A stretch of 64,000 nt of DNA from an uncultured Bdellovibrionales bacterium. Its GTDB lineage: Bacteria > Patescibacteriota > Minisyncoccia > Moranbacterales > UBA1568. The translations under genes and the position numbers were made by a program. The notes under the pieces were generated by a model. That model was not told the DNA's origin. It worked only from the letters and a program-made list of their open reading frames with translations, and did no database searches. Positions 1 through 10,193 of this stretch are shown here, piece by piece; the first letter of the stretch is position 1, and each line of letters starts with the position of its first letter. Location of the stretch: the NCBI GenBank assembly GCA_964594215.1, contig CAZQLN010000004.1:862-64861 (forward strand). The letters are read 5' to 3'.

Positions 1-3000
1 CAGCTCCATCAGCTGAATCAAGAAGATCAACGGCAATAGTTGGAGTGCCACCCTCACTTGATGATGAACCAGAGATACCGTTACCAGCCGTGATGGTAGC
101 GACATAGTTTCCAGTCGTGTCAGTCGTAAGAGCAACAGCGTTTGATGAAATGGTGACTACACCAGCATTGGTGATAGCAGCATCACCACTCATGGTAGCG
201 AAGGCTGGAGCAGTACCAGTGTTACCAAGAAAAAGCTGACCATTAGTACCCGCTGAGGTGACCTGAATAGCACCAGCACTATTACCATAGAGGACTCCAT
301 TAGAAGTGAGGGTGGTAGCTCCGGTACCACCGCTGCTGACCGGAAGAGTGCCTGTAACTTCGGTAGCCAGATTAATATCAGTGCCGAGGGTTGCCGATAC
401 ACTAATAGTACCGCTACCGTTAGTAATAGTGATGCCACTCCCTTGAGTAAGCGTTGCGAGAGAGAAACCGGCTCCATTACCAATCAATAATTCTCCATTG
501 TTTGTAAGAGAAGCGTCTACGCCTGTACCACCGTACTGAGGCGTAATAACTGTACCGTTCCACACAGCGCTTGTGAATGTCTGACCACCATTTATAGTAG
601 CTATAACTCCGGATACGTTTGGTAAAGTCAATGTTCTATTAGATGACAGATCACCAGCATCAAGTGTGGCATAAAAAGTATCTCCGGCTGATTCCAATAA
701 CAATAGTTCACTAGCCGCATTATTCAAAATAATGTCGAAAGCACCTGTCTGAGTCCAATCACTCGTTAGATCTCCTAGAGCTAATGTCGGAGTAGCTCCT
801 TCTGAAGCAGCAGAACCACTCAAACCATTACCAGCGGTGATGGTAGCGACATAGTTTCCAGTAGTATCTGTAGAGAGAGCTACTGCATCAGCTGAAATAG
901 TCACCACTCCCGCATTAGTGATAGCAGCATCACCACTCATAGTGGCAAAAGCTGGAGCACCAGCGGTAACTCCTAAGAGGAGTTGGCCGTTAGTACCAGC
1001 ATTCGTAACTTGAACAGCGCCAGTACCATTACCAAGGAGTATTCTATTAGCAGTAAGCGTGGTGGTGCCAGTGCCTCCACTCGTCACTGGTAAAGTACCT
1101 GTTACTTCTGAGGCAAGATCAATATCGGTGCCAAGCGTTGCTGTGATTGTAAGCGTACCAGCTCCTTCAGTAACGGTAATACCTGCACCATCAGTGATCG
1201 TAGCTAATGAATAACCGGTTCCATTACCAATGAGTAATGTTCCGTTAGGTGCAGAGCCACCATTGACCCCCGTACCACCACGAGATGGATTGAGTTGGTT
1301 TTCACCTTGTAGTGATGAGGTTCCTGTAAAGTAGGCGACCTGACCAGCAGATCCAGAAGCGGTCGCACCACCTACACCGGATACTGAAGCACATGACCAC
1401 TCATTGGTAGTATTGTTCCATGACAACACATCATCTTGAACACAACCCTGAAGCAACGTCAGTTCGTTTGAACCACCTCCTTGGAACTCTAATCCTGAGT
1501 TTGATGAAGTAATACCAGTGCCATCTTGAGTATCTAATAAATCAATAGCCAGAGTCGGAGTAGCTCCTTCACTTGAGGCCGTTCCCGAGATACCACTTCC
1601 AGCAGTAATAGTAGCTACATAGTTCCCAACAGTATCAGTAGTAAGATCTACAGAATCACCACTGATAGTTAAGACTCCTGTATTGGATACCACCGCATCT
1701 CCAGAAAGAGTAGTGAAAATTGGTGCACCTCCAGTATTACCTAACAGGAGTTGTCCGTTTGTACCCGCTGCAGTTACCTGTATAGCTGAGGTGCCGTTAC
1801 CGTAGAGAATTCCATTCGTAGTAAGGCTCGCTGCGCCTGTACCTCCATTGGTGACCGGGAGGGTGCCGGTAACTTCAGTGGTGAGATCAACACTAGCACC
1901 AAGGGAAGCAGCTACCGTGATAGTGCCGGCGCCATTAGTAATGCTGATACCCCCACCTTGAGTCAAGGTAGCGAGAGTGTAACCACTTCCATTACCGATA
2001 AGAAGAGTTCCATTGGCAGCAGAGCTTCCGTCTACACCAGTACCTCCGTACTGTGCTCCAACAGCAGTACCATTCCAGACAGCACTTGTAAAAGTTTGCC
2101 CTCCATCAAGAGTAGCGAGAGTCCCCGTAGCATTTGGTAACGTAAGTGTACGATTACCAGAAAGATCAGCAGCATCTAAGGTAGCGTAGAAAGTGGCCCC
2201 AGCAGATTCAAGAAGTGAAAGTTCTGAAGAAGCATTGTTTAAGACAATGTCGAAAGCACCATTCTGATTCCAATTAGCAGTAAGGTCTCCTAAGGCCAAT
2301 GTCGGTGTACCACCTTCAGTAGCTACTCCTCCAGAAATACCGTTACCATTGGTAATGCTAGCAATGTAATTACCCGTAGTGTTGGTACCAAGAGCAATGA
2401 GGTCATTGAGAGAGCTTGCTCCCGTACCACCATTTGCTACTGGGAGAACACCGGTCACTTCCGTGGTGAGGTCTACAGTAGTACCAAGAGTACTGGCTAC
2501 GGTAATACTTCCTGATCCATTAGTAATCGTAATGCCAGAACCTTGAGTAAGAGTGGTGAGCGAATAGCCAGAGCCATTACCGATGAGTAGTGTTCCGTTA
2601 GCGGCGGCTGATCCATTTACACCCGTTCCGCCACGCAAAGGTGCTAACTGAGCTTCTGAGGCTACGACACTGCTACTTGTAAAATAAGCCACCTGATTAG
2701 CGCTCCCTGTTCCCGTGATACCTCCAGCACCTGACACCGACGAACAAGACCAAACATCAGTCGTATCATTCCATGATAAAACATCATTGTTAGTACAACC
2801 TTGAAGCAAAGTGAGTTGGTTGTTGCTGGCACCTTGAAACTCTAATCCAGAGTTTGAATTAGTAGCTCCACTACCATCGGCAGAGTTCAGAATATTAACA
2901 GCCAATGTCGGTGCACCACCTTCAGTAGCTACTCCTCCAGAAATACCGTTACCATTGGTAATGCTAGCAATGTAATTACCCGTAGTGTTGGTACCAAGAG

Positions 3001-5200
3001 CAATGAGGTCATTGAGAGAGCTTGCTCCCGTACCACCATTTGCTACTGGGAGAACACCAGTGACTTCACTAGAAAGATCTACCTGAGTTCCGAGGGTTGA
3101 CGCAATAGTGATACTGCCGCCGCCATTGGTCACCGTGATACCACTACCCTGAGTCAGAGTAGCCAGTGAGTAACCGCTCCCGTTACCGATCAAAAGTGAT
3201 CCATTAGCAGCAGAGCTACCATCTACACCAGTACCTCCACGAGATGGATTGAGCTGTGCTTCTCCTTGTAACGAAGAAGCTCCTGTAAAATACGCTACTT
3301 GGCCAGCAGATCCAGAAGCGGTCGCGCCACCCACACCAGATACAGAAGCACAACCCCATTCATTGGTGGTATTGTTCCAAGAAAGTACATCATCCTGGGC
3401 ACAGCCCTGAAGCAGAGTCAATTCGTTAGTACCACTTCCCTGAAACTCTAAACCGGAGAATGATGCAACTGCGCCGGCTCCATCAGCAGAATCAAGAAGG
3501 TCGATAGCGATAGTAGCTGCCCCTCCTTCACTCGCTGAAGATCCGCTAATACCATTACCACTGTTAATAGTTGCTACATAGTTACCAGTCGTATCAGTAC
3601 TCAATGCAACTGAATCTGAAGAAATAGTAATTACTCCGCTACTTGTAATTGTCGCGTCACCCGAGAGAGTGGCAAACGTCGGTGCACCAGCAGTAACTCC
3701 TAAGAGGAGTTGACCATTGGTACCGGCTGAGGTGACTTGAACGGCACCAGTACCATTACCATAGAGGACTCCATTAGAAGTGAGGGTGGTAGCTCCGGTG
3801 CCTCCGTTAGCGACTGGAAGAGTGCCTGTTACTTCGGTGGTGAGGTCAACCGTAGTACCAAGAGTGCTCGCTACGGTGATACTGCCTGATCCATTGGTGA
3901 TAGTGATACCTGAGCCTTGAGTAAGAGTGGCTAGTGAGTAACCACTACCGTTACCAATCAAGAGAGAACCATTAGCGGCTGAACTACCGTCTACACCAGT
4001 ACCTCCACGAGATGGATTGAGCTGATTCTCGCCAGCTAGTGAGGAGATTCCATTCCAGTAAGCGACCTGACCACTCGTACCTGTACCTGTGAGCCCTGCT
4101 GAAAAAGAAGTACACTCCCAAACATTTGTCGCATCATTCCAACTCACTCCCTGCCCATTAGAACAACCCTGAAGCAAAGTCAATTCATTATTGCCAGCTC
4201 CACCAAACTCAAGACCCGAATTTGATGAGGTTGCCCCTGCTCCATCGGCTGAGTCTAGAAGATCAATAGCAATTGTCGGAATACTTCCTTCGCCAGTCAA
4301 TCCCCCACTAATACCATTACCATTGGTAATACTCGCTACATAATCACCGGTAGTATCAGTGCCAAGATCGATACTACCAGAAGCTCCAACACTGATGTCA
4401 GAAAAAGTTGATCCATCGTTAGAGAGTTCCCATGCTTGAGTCGTACCGTTGTAGCGAAGAGCTGGCGCATTTGTAGCGCTTGATACTGTGAGATCGAAAT
4501 TATTACCACTCAGTGCCGTACCAGATCCAATATTGAAAATCTGCTCAGTCGTTCCAGTGTCTGTGTTTTGCGCATGAATATCATCAAGAATTTTATCATT
4601 ATCCTTGAGATAACCTTTGATGGCACTTGCTGGTAATGCTGGAATAAAACTAGCGTCCAGTTTTCCACCCTTATCAAGAACCGGAATGTCACCTTCATTG
4701 GTTCCAACGGTTCTTCCTTGGAGGAACTGCGTATTGAGAGCACGAGGTACAGAACCCAACTTCTTACGCGGTGTCATTTCGGAGTCACCTGCAACACGAA
4801 TACCGATATAGTAATCTCCCGAATCAAAGTTAATGGCATTAGAAAATGCATTGATACCTCCAAGAGAAGCTCGGAAAATACCGTTTTTGACTTCTACAGT
4901 TTGAGTTTCTTCCCAAAGTTTAGGATCAGAATTTGATGGATAGGCATCGGCGGTAGTACGATTTGCTGCATACAAAGCGAAGCGAACCTCATAAGTTCCA
5001 TTGGTAACAATCTGGTTATCTGAGTTAAAAAGCGATGCCGAGATAGAAATGAGGCGAATTGAGTTCGAATTTGATTGGTTTGACTGCGCAAAAACAGACT
5101 TTTGGTTAAAGCCCCACCCGATTATCACCACCAAGCTTAAAGCTATGAAGAGTGATGTGTATGCTGTTTTTCGGTTTTTATTTTTTACATAAAATAGCAT
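1..5200 (-). CDS. Giant secreted Gly/Thr/Ser-rich repeat protein (fibre/adhesin-like), 5' part; runs off the left edge
   Basis: Manual translation from ATG at 5200: MLFYVKNKNRKTAYTSLFIALSLVVIIGWGFNQKSVFAQ (signal-peptide-like), then GTYEVRFALY..LWEETQTVEVKNGIF..YYIGIRVAGDSEMTPR..LGSVPRA, then repeated modules. Frame spot-checked at 3058, 2452, 1444, 562 and 40, all in register. Absent from the ORF track because no stop lies in the window. Confidence 0.9.
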   Translation of the reverse strand, partial: MLFYVKNKNRKTAYTSLFIALSLVVIIGWGFNQKSVFAQSNQSNSNSIRLISISASLFNSDNQIVTNGTYEVRFALYAANRTTADAYPSNSDPKLWEETQTVEVKNGIFRASLGGINAFSNAINFDSGDYYIGIRVAGDSEMTPRKKLGSVPRALNTQFLQGRTVGTNEGDIPVLDKGGKLDASFIPALPASAIKGYLKDNDKILDDIHAQNTDTGTTEQIFNIGSGTALSGNNFDLTVSSATNAPALRYNGTTQAWELSNDGSTFSDISVGASGSIDLGTDTTGDYVASITNGNGISGGLTGEGSIPTIAIDLLDSADGAGATSSNSGLEFGGAGNNELTLLQGCSNGQGVSWNDATNVWECTSFSAGLTGTGTSGQVAYWNGISSLAGENQLNPSRGGTGVDGSSAANGSLLIGNGSGYSLATLTQGSGITITNGSGSITVASTLGTTVDLTTEVTGTLPVANGGTGATTLTSNGVLYGNGTGAVQVTSAGTNGQLLLGVTAGAPTFATLSGDATITSSGVITISSDSVALSTDTTGNYVATINSGNGISGSSASEGGAATIAIDLLDSADGAGAVASFSGLEFQGSGTNELTLLQGCAQDDVLSWNNTTNEWGCASVSGVGGATASGSAGQVAYFTGASSLQGEAQLNPSRGGTGVDGSSAANGSLLIGNGSGYSLATLTQGSGITVTNGGGSITIASTLGTQVDLSSEVTGVLPVANGGTGASSLNDLIALGTNTTGNYIASITNGNGISGGVATEGGAPTLAVNILNSADGSGATNSNSGLEFQGASNNQLTLLQGCTNNDVLSWNDTTDVWSCSSVSGAGGITGTGSANQVAYFTSSSVVASEAQLAPLRGGTGVNGSAAANGTLLIGNGSGYSLTTLTQGSGITITNGSGSITVASTLGTTVDLTTEVTGVLPVANGGTGASSLNDLIALGTNTTGNYIASITNGNGISGGVATEGGTPTLALGDLTANWNQNGAFDIVLNNASSELSLLESAGATFYATLDAADLSGNRTLTLPNATGTLATLDGGQTFTSAVWNGTAVGAQYGGTGVDGSSAANGTLLIGNGSGYTLATLTQGGGISITNGAGTITVAASLGASVDLTTEVTGTLPVTNGGTGAASLTTNGILYGNGTSAIQVTAAGTNGQLLLGNTGGAPIFTTLSGDAVVSNTGVLTISGDSVDLTTDTVGNYVATITAGSGISGTASSEGATPTLAIDLLDTQDGTGITSSNSGLEFQGGGSNELTLLQGCVQDDVLSWNNTTNEWSCASVSGVGGATASGSAGQVAYFTGTSSLQGENQLNPSRGGTGVNGGSAPNGTLLIGNGTGYSLATITDGAGITVTEGAGTLTITATLGTDIDLASEVTGTLPVTSGGTGTTTLTANRILLGNGTGAVQVTNAGTNGQLLLGVTAGAPAFATMSGDAAITNAGVVTISADAVALSTDTTGNYVATITAGNGLSGSAASEGATPTLALGDLTSDWTQTGAFDIILNNAASELLLLESAGDTFYATLDAGDLSSNRTLTLPNVSGVIATINGGQTFTSAVWNGTVITPQYGGTGVDASLTNNGELLIGNGAGFSLATLTQGSGITITNGSGTISVSATLGTDINLATEVTGTLPVSSGGTGATTLTSNGVLYGNSAGAIQVTSAGTNGQLFLGNTGTAPAFATMSGDAAITNAGVVTISSNAVALTTDTTGNYVATITAGNGISGSSSSEGGTPTIAVDLLDSADGA
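2295..3058. repeat. Near-identical 158-bp direct repeat pair inside the giant gene (2295-2452 and 2901-3058)
   Basis: Direct comparison shows one mismatch (gtgtac vs gtgcac); offset 606 bp, in frame. Confidence 0.9.
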
Positions 5201-5329
5201 GGAAATGGAATCATTATTCCTCTACAAGTATACCACGATTTTTGCTTTGCCAATAGTCTTTTTGTGTATAACTTGCAAAGAAAATCCCGCCTATTTTTGG
5301 GTCGAGATTTTCGTCAAATTTTCACCAAA

Positions 5330-6037
5330 TTATTTATCAACTGCCCATCCAAATGTATCCCCCACAGCCCCCGCAATGAGGTCAAAAAGAGATACCGTTT
5401 TGGAGCCAGTAGATACAGCGTAGGAATCACTCGAAAACTTGTTACCAAATCGATCTTCAGCATTAATCACATAGATATAGGTCGATGCCTGTTCAAGAGC
5501 AGGAATGATAATACTATGACTAAAGCTATAGTCACTTTCCGTAATATCTTGCTTCTCTTGGCCAACCTTGGAATATTGGATAGTTGATTTAGCCAACTTA
5601 TTGGTACTCCAAGTCAATACAAGTTTTACGCCCTGATTATTTTTTTCGGTAAATGACTCCCCACGAACGCCTGATATCTCGAGTGGCTCAGGAGAATCTT
5701 CCAACAAAATCAATTCAGCTTCACCTCCAATAGCTATATCACCAACTTTATAACTTTCGCTTTCATACTGAGCGGTACCAAAAAGAGCATCAGTACTCAA
5801 GGTATCAAGTGAAGGTGGAGCCGCTTGTAAATTCTGTGACTTAGGTTGTTCTGTTGGTACCGGAATTGCCTCCTCGGTCACATCGGGTTTAGCTGAGAAG
5901 CGCGTATACGCAAACCACCCTATTCCACCCAACAAAAAAAGAAGGAGTAGTATGATTATCCACTTCTTTTTTGACTTCTTTTTTTCCTCACCCGCACCAC
6001 CCGCTTGAACATCGGGAGTGGCTATTGGCTCAGCCAT
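5330..6037 (-). CDS. Membrane-anchored protein with a C-terminal FN3/Ig-like domain
   Basis: KKKSKKK followed by a hydrophobic helix, then LTWSTNK..STIQY..HSIIIPALEQASTYIYVINAEDRFGN (FN3-like). Start placed at MAEPI (6037). Confidence 0.7.
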   Translation of the reverse strand: MAEPIATPDVQAGGAGEEKKKSKKKWIIILLLLFLLGGIGWFAYTRFSAKPDVTEEAIPVPTEQPKSQNLQAAPPSLDTLSTDALFGTAQYESESYKVGDIAIGGEAELILLEDSPEPLEISGVRGESFTEKNNQGVKLVLTWSTNKLAKSTIQYSKVGQEKQDITESDYSFSHSIIIPALEQASTYIYVINAEDRFGNKFSSDSYAVSTGSKTVSLFDLIAGAVGDTFGWAVDK

Positions 6038-6179
6038 AGATACGTTCACGTACACGCTTTTTAGATACAAATAGTATACCACGAAAAACTGCCAATGCTA
6101 AGCAAAAAAACAGCCTTTTCTTGATTGTATTCTACAAAGACATCTATACTACCCTTACGCTTATTTTTTAGGATATTTT

Positions 6180-7274
6180 ATGTCTCATAACTACATCGTT
6201 ATTATGGCTGGTGGATCCGGCACTCGTCTCTGGCCTCTTTCACGTAAGAATGATCCTAAACAATTTCACGCCTTTCTTTCGGAACGTACTCTTCTTCAAG
6301 AAACTTATGACCGAGCTCTTCTTGTCGCTCCCGCTTCTCATATTTATATCTCAACTGCTTCAGCTTACCGGGAACGGGTTCTCGAACAAATCCCTGTTGT
6401 TGACGTCGATCATCTTATTCTCGAGCCCAGCGCTAGAAATACTGCTCCCGCCATCACATTGGTAGCAGCCACTCTACAAGCATTTGACCCAGAGGCGATA
6501 GTAGCCACCATTGCATCTGATCATGCTATCGATAATGATGAAGAATTTGTAGCTACTCTTCAAACAGCCTTTGAAATCATCGATAAATATCCCCAAACTC
6601 TTACTACTATTGGCATCAATCCTACCAAACCCGACACTGGTCTAGGATACATTAAAATAGGTGAGGAATGCCCCTTTCAAGGCAAAAAAAGGGTATTTTT
6701 CATTGATGAATTCAAGGAAAAACCTGACACTGAAACAGCTCTTCGTTACACAGAAGAGTGGGGCTATCTTTGGAATGCTGGCTACTTTATTTTTAAAACG
6801 AATACCTTACTTGATTGGATGCAAAACTGTTCTCCAGAACTCGTCTCCGGTATCCACTCCCTTCTTCTTGCTCAAGATGACGCAGCGCGAACACTTGCTT
6901 ACGAAACCTGTCCAAGTGAACCGATAGAGCCGTTGATGATTGAAAAACTCTCACCCGAAGAGCGCTTAGTTATTCCAAGCAGTCTCCAGTGGAGTGATGT
7001 TGGTAACTGGAGTACCTTATTACAGTTTTTACGAGAGAAAAAAGGTCTTTCTCATATCACTGAACAACCTCATCTTGATCTCGGTAGCCACAATATTCTT
7101 ATTAAAAGTAGTGTGCCAAAAGATGCTCGTAAAAAAATAGTTACTTTAGGTCTAGAGGATATTGTTATTATTGATACTCCCGATGTATTGTTTATTGCCA
7201 ACCAAGATAAAACAAACTCTGAAATGAAAAATCTCATCGAGAAAATAAAAGGGAACAACCTGGAATTACTCTAA
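6180..7274 (+). CDS. manC: Mannose-1-phosphate guanylyltransferase
   Basis: IMAGGSGTRLWPLSR..PKQF, EPSARNTAPAI, F.EKPD, YLWNAGYF, WSDVG.W motifs. Confidence 0.92.
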   Translation: MSHNYIVIMAGGSGTRLWPLSRKNDPKQFHAFLSERTLLQETYDRALLVAPASHIYISTASAYRERVLEQIPVVDVDHLILEPSARNTAPAITLVAATLQAFDPEAIVATIASDHAIDNDEEFVATLQTAFEIIDKYPQTLTTIGINPTKPDTGLGYIKIGEECPFQGKKRVFFIDEFKEKPDTETALRYTEEWGYLWNAGYFIFKTNTLLDWMQNCSPELVSGIHSLLLAQDDAARTLAYETCPSEPIEPLMIEKLSPEERLVIPSSLQWSDVGNWSTLLQFLREKKGLSHITEQPHLDLGSHNILIKSSVPKDARKKIVTLGLEDIVIIDTPDVLFIANQDKTNSEMKNLIEKIKGNNLELL

Positions 7275-7278
7275 GCTG

Positions 7279-8400
7279 TTATCCCAGATGATCTTTTTTA
7301 TAGGCATCCTCGATCTTTCTCATGATTTCTTGCTCCATTACATGATGAGCCTCGTTTTCTAATGTTCCAGGCGTATCATATTCATACTTATCGTAAGCTT
7401 GACGATAGGTCTTTCCCTCACTGATCGATCTGTATTCAGATCGTATCATTGAAGCATAGTGTAAAGCATAGGCTCTTAATGGATTGTCATTATATTGCTT
7501 AGCATGAGCCATCTCAGCAAGCCAATCCCTTCCTTTATCCAAAGGATTTATATACAGCGTATTAGATGAAGCCATATAATACGCTCTGCCTGTCTGTCTT
7601 TGAGTTTTCAGATCTTCACGTTTTTGTCCTGGTTTATCAAAAATAAAACGAATCTTTGGATTACCTAATTCTTTTTGCATCTCCCAAATAACTCGGTAAG
7701 CCCTTGGATCAAACTGCATGAATTGACCTACTCCATCAAACTCTTCATCTGCCCTCTTTTTTTGTTCCGATCCACCCCCAAAAATCCCCTCATGTAAATC
7801 AGCGTGTTTTTTTCTAAGCTCTACTGCACTCATATGAGAGAGCTCCTCTGGCACATCCAAAGCTAAAGTAAGATACTCTTCTGCTAGGCTACTCCTATAC
7901 ATTTCGAGTTTCAGATCTTCTGGTAATGGATCTTTACCTAGAAGATAGTTGAGATTTTTCGTTGTTTCAGGATCTTCATGTTCATACCTAATACCATCTG
8001 TTGTTTTTGTTTCTGCTACCGTGTAGCGAGTGGCGTAATAGCTAGCAGTTGAACCAGCCGCTGAAAAAAGGGCTGCGGCCCCCGCTATCTTTCCGATATT
8101 TTTTTTAATCAGATGGAAAACTCTCACAACAGCTCTCTTTTTCAACTTACCATCCTTAATATTCTCGATTTTTTCAGGTAAAGTTTCGATCTGCTGAGCT
8201 ATCTCATAAACTTCTTCTTCAGTGCCAATTCCAATCAACTCAGAAAAATGTTCCCTCAGATCACTCGTACTTTCAATATTTTGAGCTTTTTCAAATTCAT
8301 CCGGTTTTCCAAGTTCCTGGTGCAAGTCACTCTCCAACTTCGAATGTTCCTTAAACACGGCTTTGTTGTTAATGTGAAACAATTTTTCCCAATAATGCAT
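7279..8400 (-). CDS. Hypothetical single-pass membrane protein, possible degenerate zincin domain
   Basis: 373-aa ORF with a hydrophobic segment (IAGAAALFSAAGSTASYYA) and C-terminal LAEMAHAKQ ... LENEAH; overlaps the parB stop by 32 nt. Confidence 0.6.
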   Translation of the reverse strand: MHYWEKLFHINNKAVFKEHSKLESDLHQELGKPDEFEKAQNIESTSDLREHFSELIGIGTEEEVYEIAQQIETLPEKIENIKDGKLKKRAVVRVFHLIKKNIGKIAGAAALFSAAGSTASYYATRYTVAETKTTDGIRYEHEDPETTKNLNYLLGKDPLPEDLKLEMYRSSLAEEYLTLALDVPEELSHMSAVELRKKHADLHEGIFGGGSEQKKRADEEFDGVGQFMQFDPRAYRVIWEMQKELGNPKIRFIFDKPGQKREDLKTQRQTGRAYYMASSNTLYINPLDKGRDWLAEMAHAKQYNDNPLRAYALHYASMIRSEYRSISEGKTYRQAYDKYEYDTPGTLENEAHHVMEQEIMRKIEDAYKKDHLG

Positions 8401-9313
8401 CTAGCTCTTCTTCTGAGTAGTATTCAAGTATGACTCGTCCACCTTTACCGCTTGGTGTGATTTTGACTTTGGTACCAAGAAGTTGTGTTAACTCGTCTGC
8501 TTTAGCGGCAAGCATTACTTGCTCTGGTTTCTGAACGCGTACATGAGATTTTACTACGACACTTCGTACCTTGTTTTCAGTTTCACGAACAGTTAGTTCT
8601 TCGCTCAAAATCAATTCAAAAACAGCGCGCTGTTTTTCTTTGTTTTCAATACCAAGAAGTGCTTTGGCATGACCTTCACTAATTTTGCCTTCACTCACAG
8701 CTCGTTGCATATCTACTGGTAGCTGCAACAGACGCACACTGTTAGCGACAGCGCTGCGGCTTTTACCCATTTTACGAGCTACCTCTTCCTGATTCATGCC
8801 AAATTCATGGAGCAAACGTTGGTAAGCCTTACTTTCTTCAATTGGATTCAAATTATGTCGCTGGATGTTTTCAATAATTGCAAGCTCCAGTTTTGTCTGT
8901 TCACTAGCAACGCGAATAATCACTGGTACCTCGCTCAAACCAGCCCTTTTGGCTGCTTGAAAACGCCTTTCTCCTGCAATAAGTTCGTAGTGTTCGCCAG
9001 CCTCAGTCACTACCAGGGGCTGCAAAATACCATGTTCTTTGATAGATTCAGTAAGTTCCATCAACTTCGTTTCATCAAAATGAGTTCTCGGTTGATGTGG
9101 GTTTGGTACGATCAATGAAATAGCCACTGTTCTCCCATCTTTATTTTTTTCTCTTCCCTGAACATTCGCTTGAGGTTCTCTTAAGTTCGTTTTTTCAAAC
9201 ATGAAACTCCCGCCAGCTACTGGAGTATGTGTGCTTTCCTCTTCTCGAGATTCTTCTTTTTTCGGTGGAATCAGTGATGCCAATCCCCTCCCAAGCCCGT
9301 ACTGTTGTGCCAT
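8369..9313 (-). CDS. parB: Chromosome partitioning protein ParB
   Basis: GLGRGLASLI N-terminus, PNPHQPR, ILQPL, LIAGERRFQA, IENIQR..LNPIEE. Confidence 0.96.
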   Translation of the reverse strand: MAQQYGLGRGLASLIPPKKEESREEESTHTPVAGGSFMFEKTNLREPQANVQGREKNKDGRTVAISLIVPNPHQPRTHFDETKLMELTESIKEHGILQPLVVTEAGEHYELIAGERRFQAAKRAGLSEVPVIIRVASEQTKLELAIIENIQRHNLNPIEESKAYQRLLHEFGMNQEEVARKMGKSRSAVANSVRLLQLPVDMQRAVSEGKISEGHAKALLGIENKEKQRAVFELILSEELTVRETENKVRSVVVKSHVRVQKPEQVMLAAKADELTQLLGTKVKITPSGKGGRVILEYYSEEELDALLGKIVSH

Positions 9314-9316
9314 AGT

Positions 9317-10117
9317 TTAGACAATCTTAATTTTCTTTTTTTCATCAACTTCACGAGTAATTATTTCTTTGGCTACAGCCTTATACGCTCGAGCCCCTTT
9401 GGAAAAAGCATCGAAATCCAAAATAGATTTACCGAAACTCGGTGCTTCAGCAAGACGGATTGACCGTGGGATAACACTCTCAAACACTGGTCCCGGAAAA
9501 TGTACTCTCACCTCACTTACTACTTGGCGAGCTAAACGATTCCGCCGATCAAACATTGTAAGGAGTGCACCACAGATTTTGAGATTTGGCTGTAAACGAT
9601 CGCGTACCAACTCAATAGTACCGAGCAACTGACTCAACCCTTCAAGTGCATAATACTCTGTTTGTACCGGGATGACTACTTCATCAGAAGCTACCAAACC
9701 ATTGATGGTAAGCAGCCCAAGTGATGGCGGACTGTCGATTAAAATATAGTCGTAGTACGGCTTGATTTGGCGTAGTACATTTTGCAAACGATACTCTCTA
9801 CCCTCAAGGTGAACCATCTCTATTTCAGCCCCCGCTAAATCCTGAGCGGCTGGAATAACATGGAAATTTTCTGTCTCTGTTTGAAGAATAATCTCTTGAG
9901 GAGGTAACCCTCCAATCATTGAGTGGTAAAGGTTTTTGCTCATTGCTCTTGGATCGATACCCAAACCAGATGAAGCGTTGCCCTGAGGATCAAGATCCAC
10001 TAACAGCACTCGTCTCCCGAGTTCAGCTAGGTAACGAGCTACATTAATAGTCGACGTGGTCTTACCAACCCCGCCCTTCTGATTGATAAACCCAATTGTT
10101 TTGGCCATCATAAACAC
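9317..10117 (-). CDS. parA: ParA/Soj ATPase
   Basis: NQKGGVGKTT Walker A, DLDPQGNAS, IDSPPSLG, VQTEYYALEG, RLAEAPSFG. Confidence 0.96.
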   Translation of the reverse strand: MFMMAKTIGFINQKGGVGKTTSTINVARYLAELGRRVLLVDLDPQGNASSGLGIDPRAMSKNLYHSMIGGLPPQEIILQTETENFHVIPAAQDLAGAEIEMVHLEGREYRLQNVLRQIKPYYDYILIDSPPSLGLLTINGLVASDEVVIPVQTEYYALEGLSQLLGTIELVRDRLQPNLKICGALLTMFDRRNRLARQVVSEVRVHFPGPVFESVIPRSIRLAEAPSFGKSILDFDAFSKGARAYKAVAKEIITREVDEKKKIKIV

Positions 10118-10147
10118 GCTTGTTCAATTCCACTCTAGTATACGCGA

Positions 10148-10176
10148 TTGACAAGTGAGAATCAATTTTCTATGCT
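10148..10176 (+). promoter_or_regulatory. Sigma70-type promoter of tRNA-Leu
   Basis: TTGACA-17 bp-TATGCT, 17 nt upstream of the tRNA. Confidence 0.75.
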
Positions 10177-10193
10177 TGGTCTAGCGAAAAATC

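Noticed and set aside
2295-3058. DGR template/variable repeat pair
   Set aside because: Only one mismatch, both copies are in-frame coding modules, and there is no RT in the window.
190-5192. Short listed ORFs over the first 5.2 kb
   Set aside because: Off-frame or antisense shadows of the giant minus-strand gene.
8369-10190. parS site near parAB
   Set aside because: No good match to TGTTTCACGTGAAACA noticed; only half-sites.
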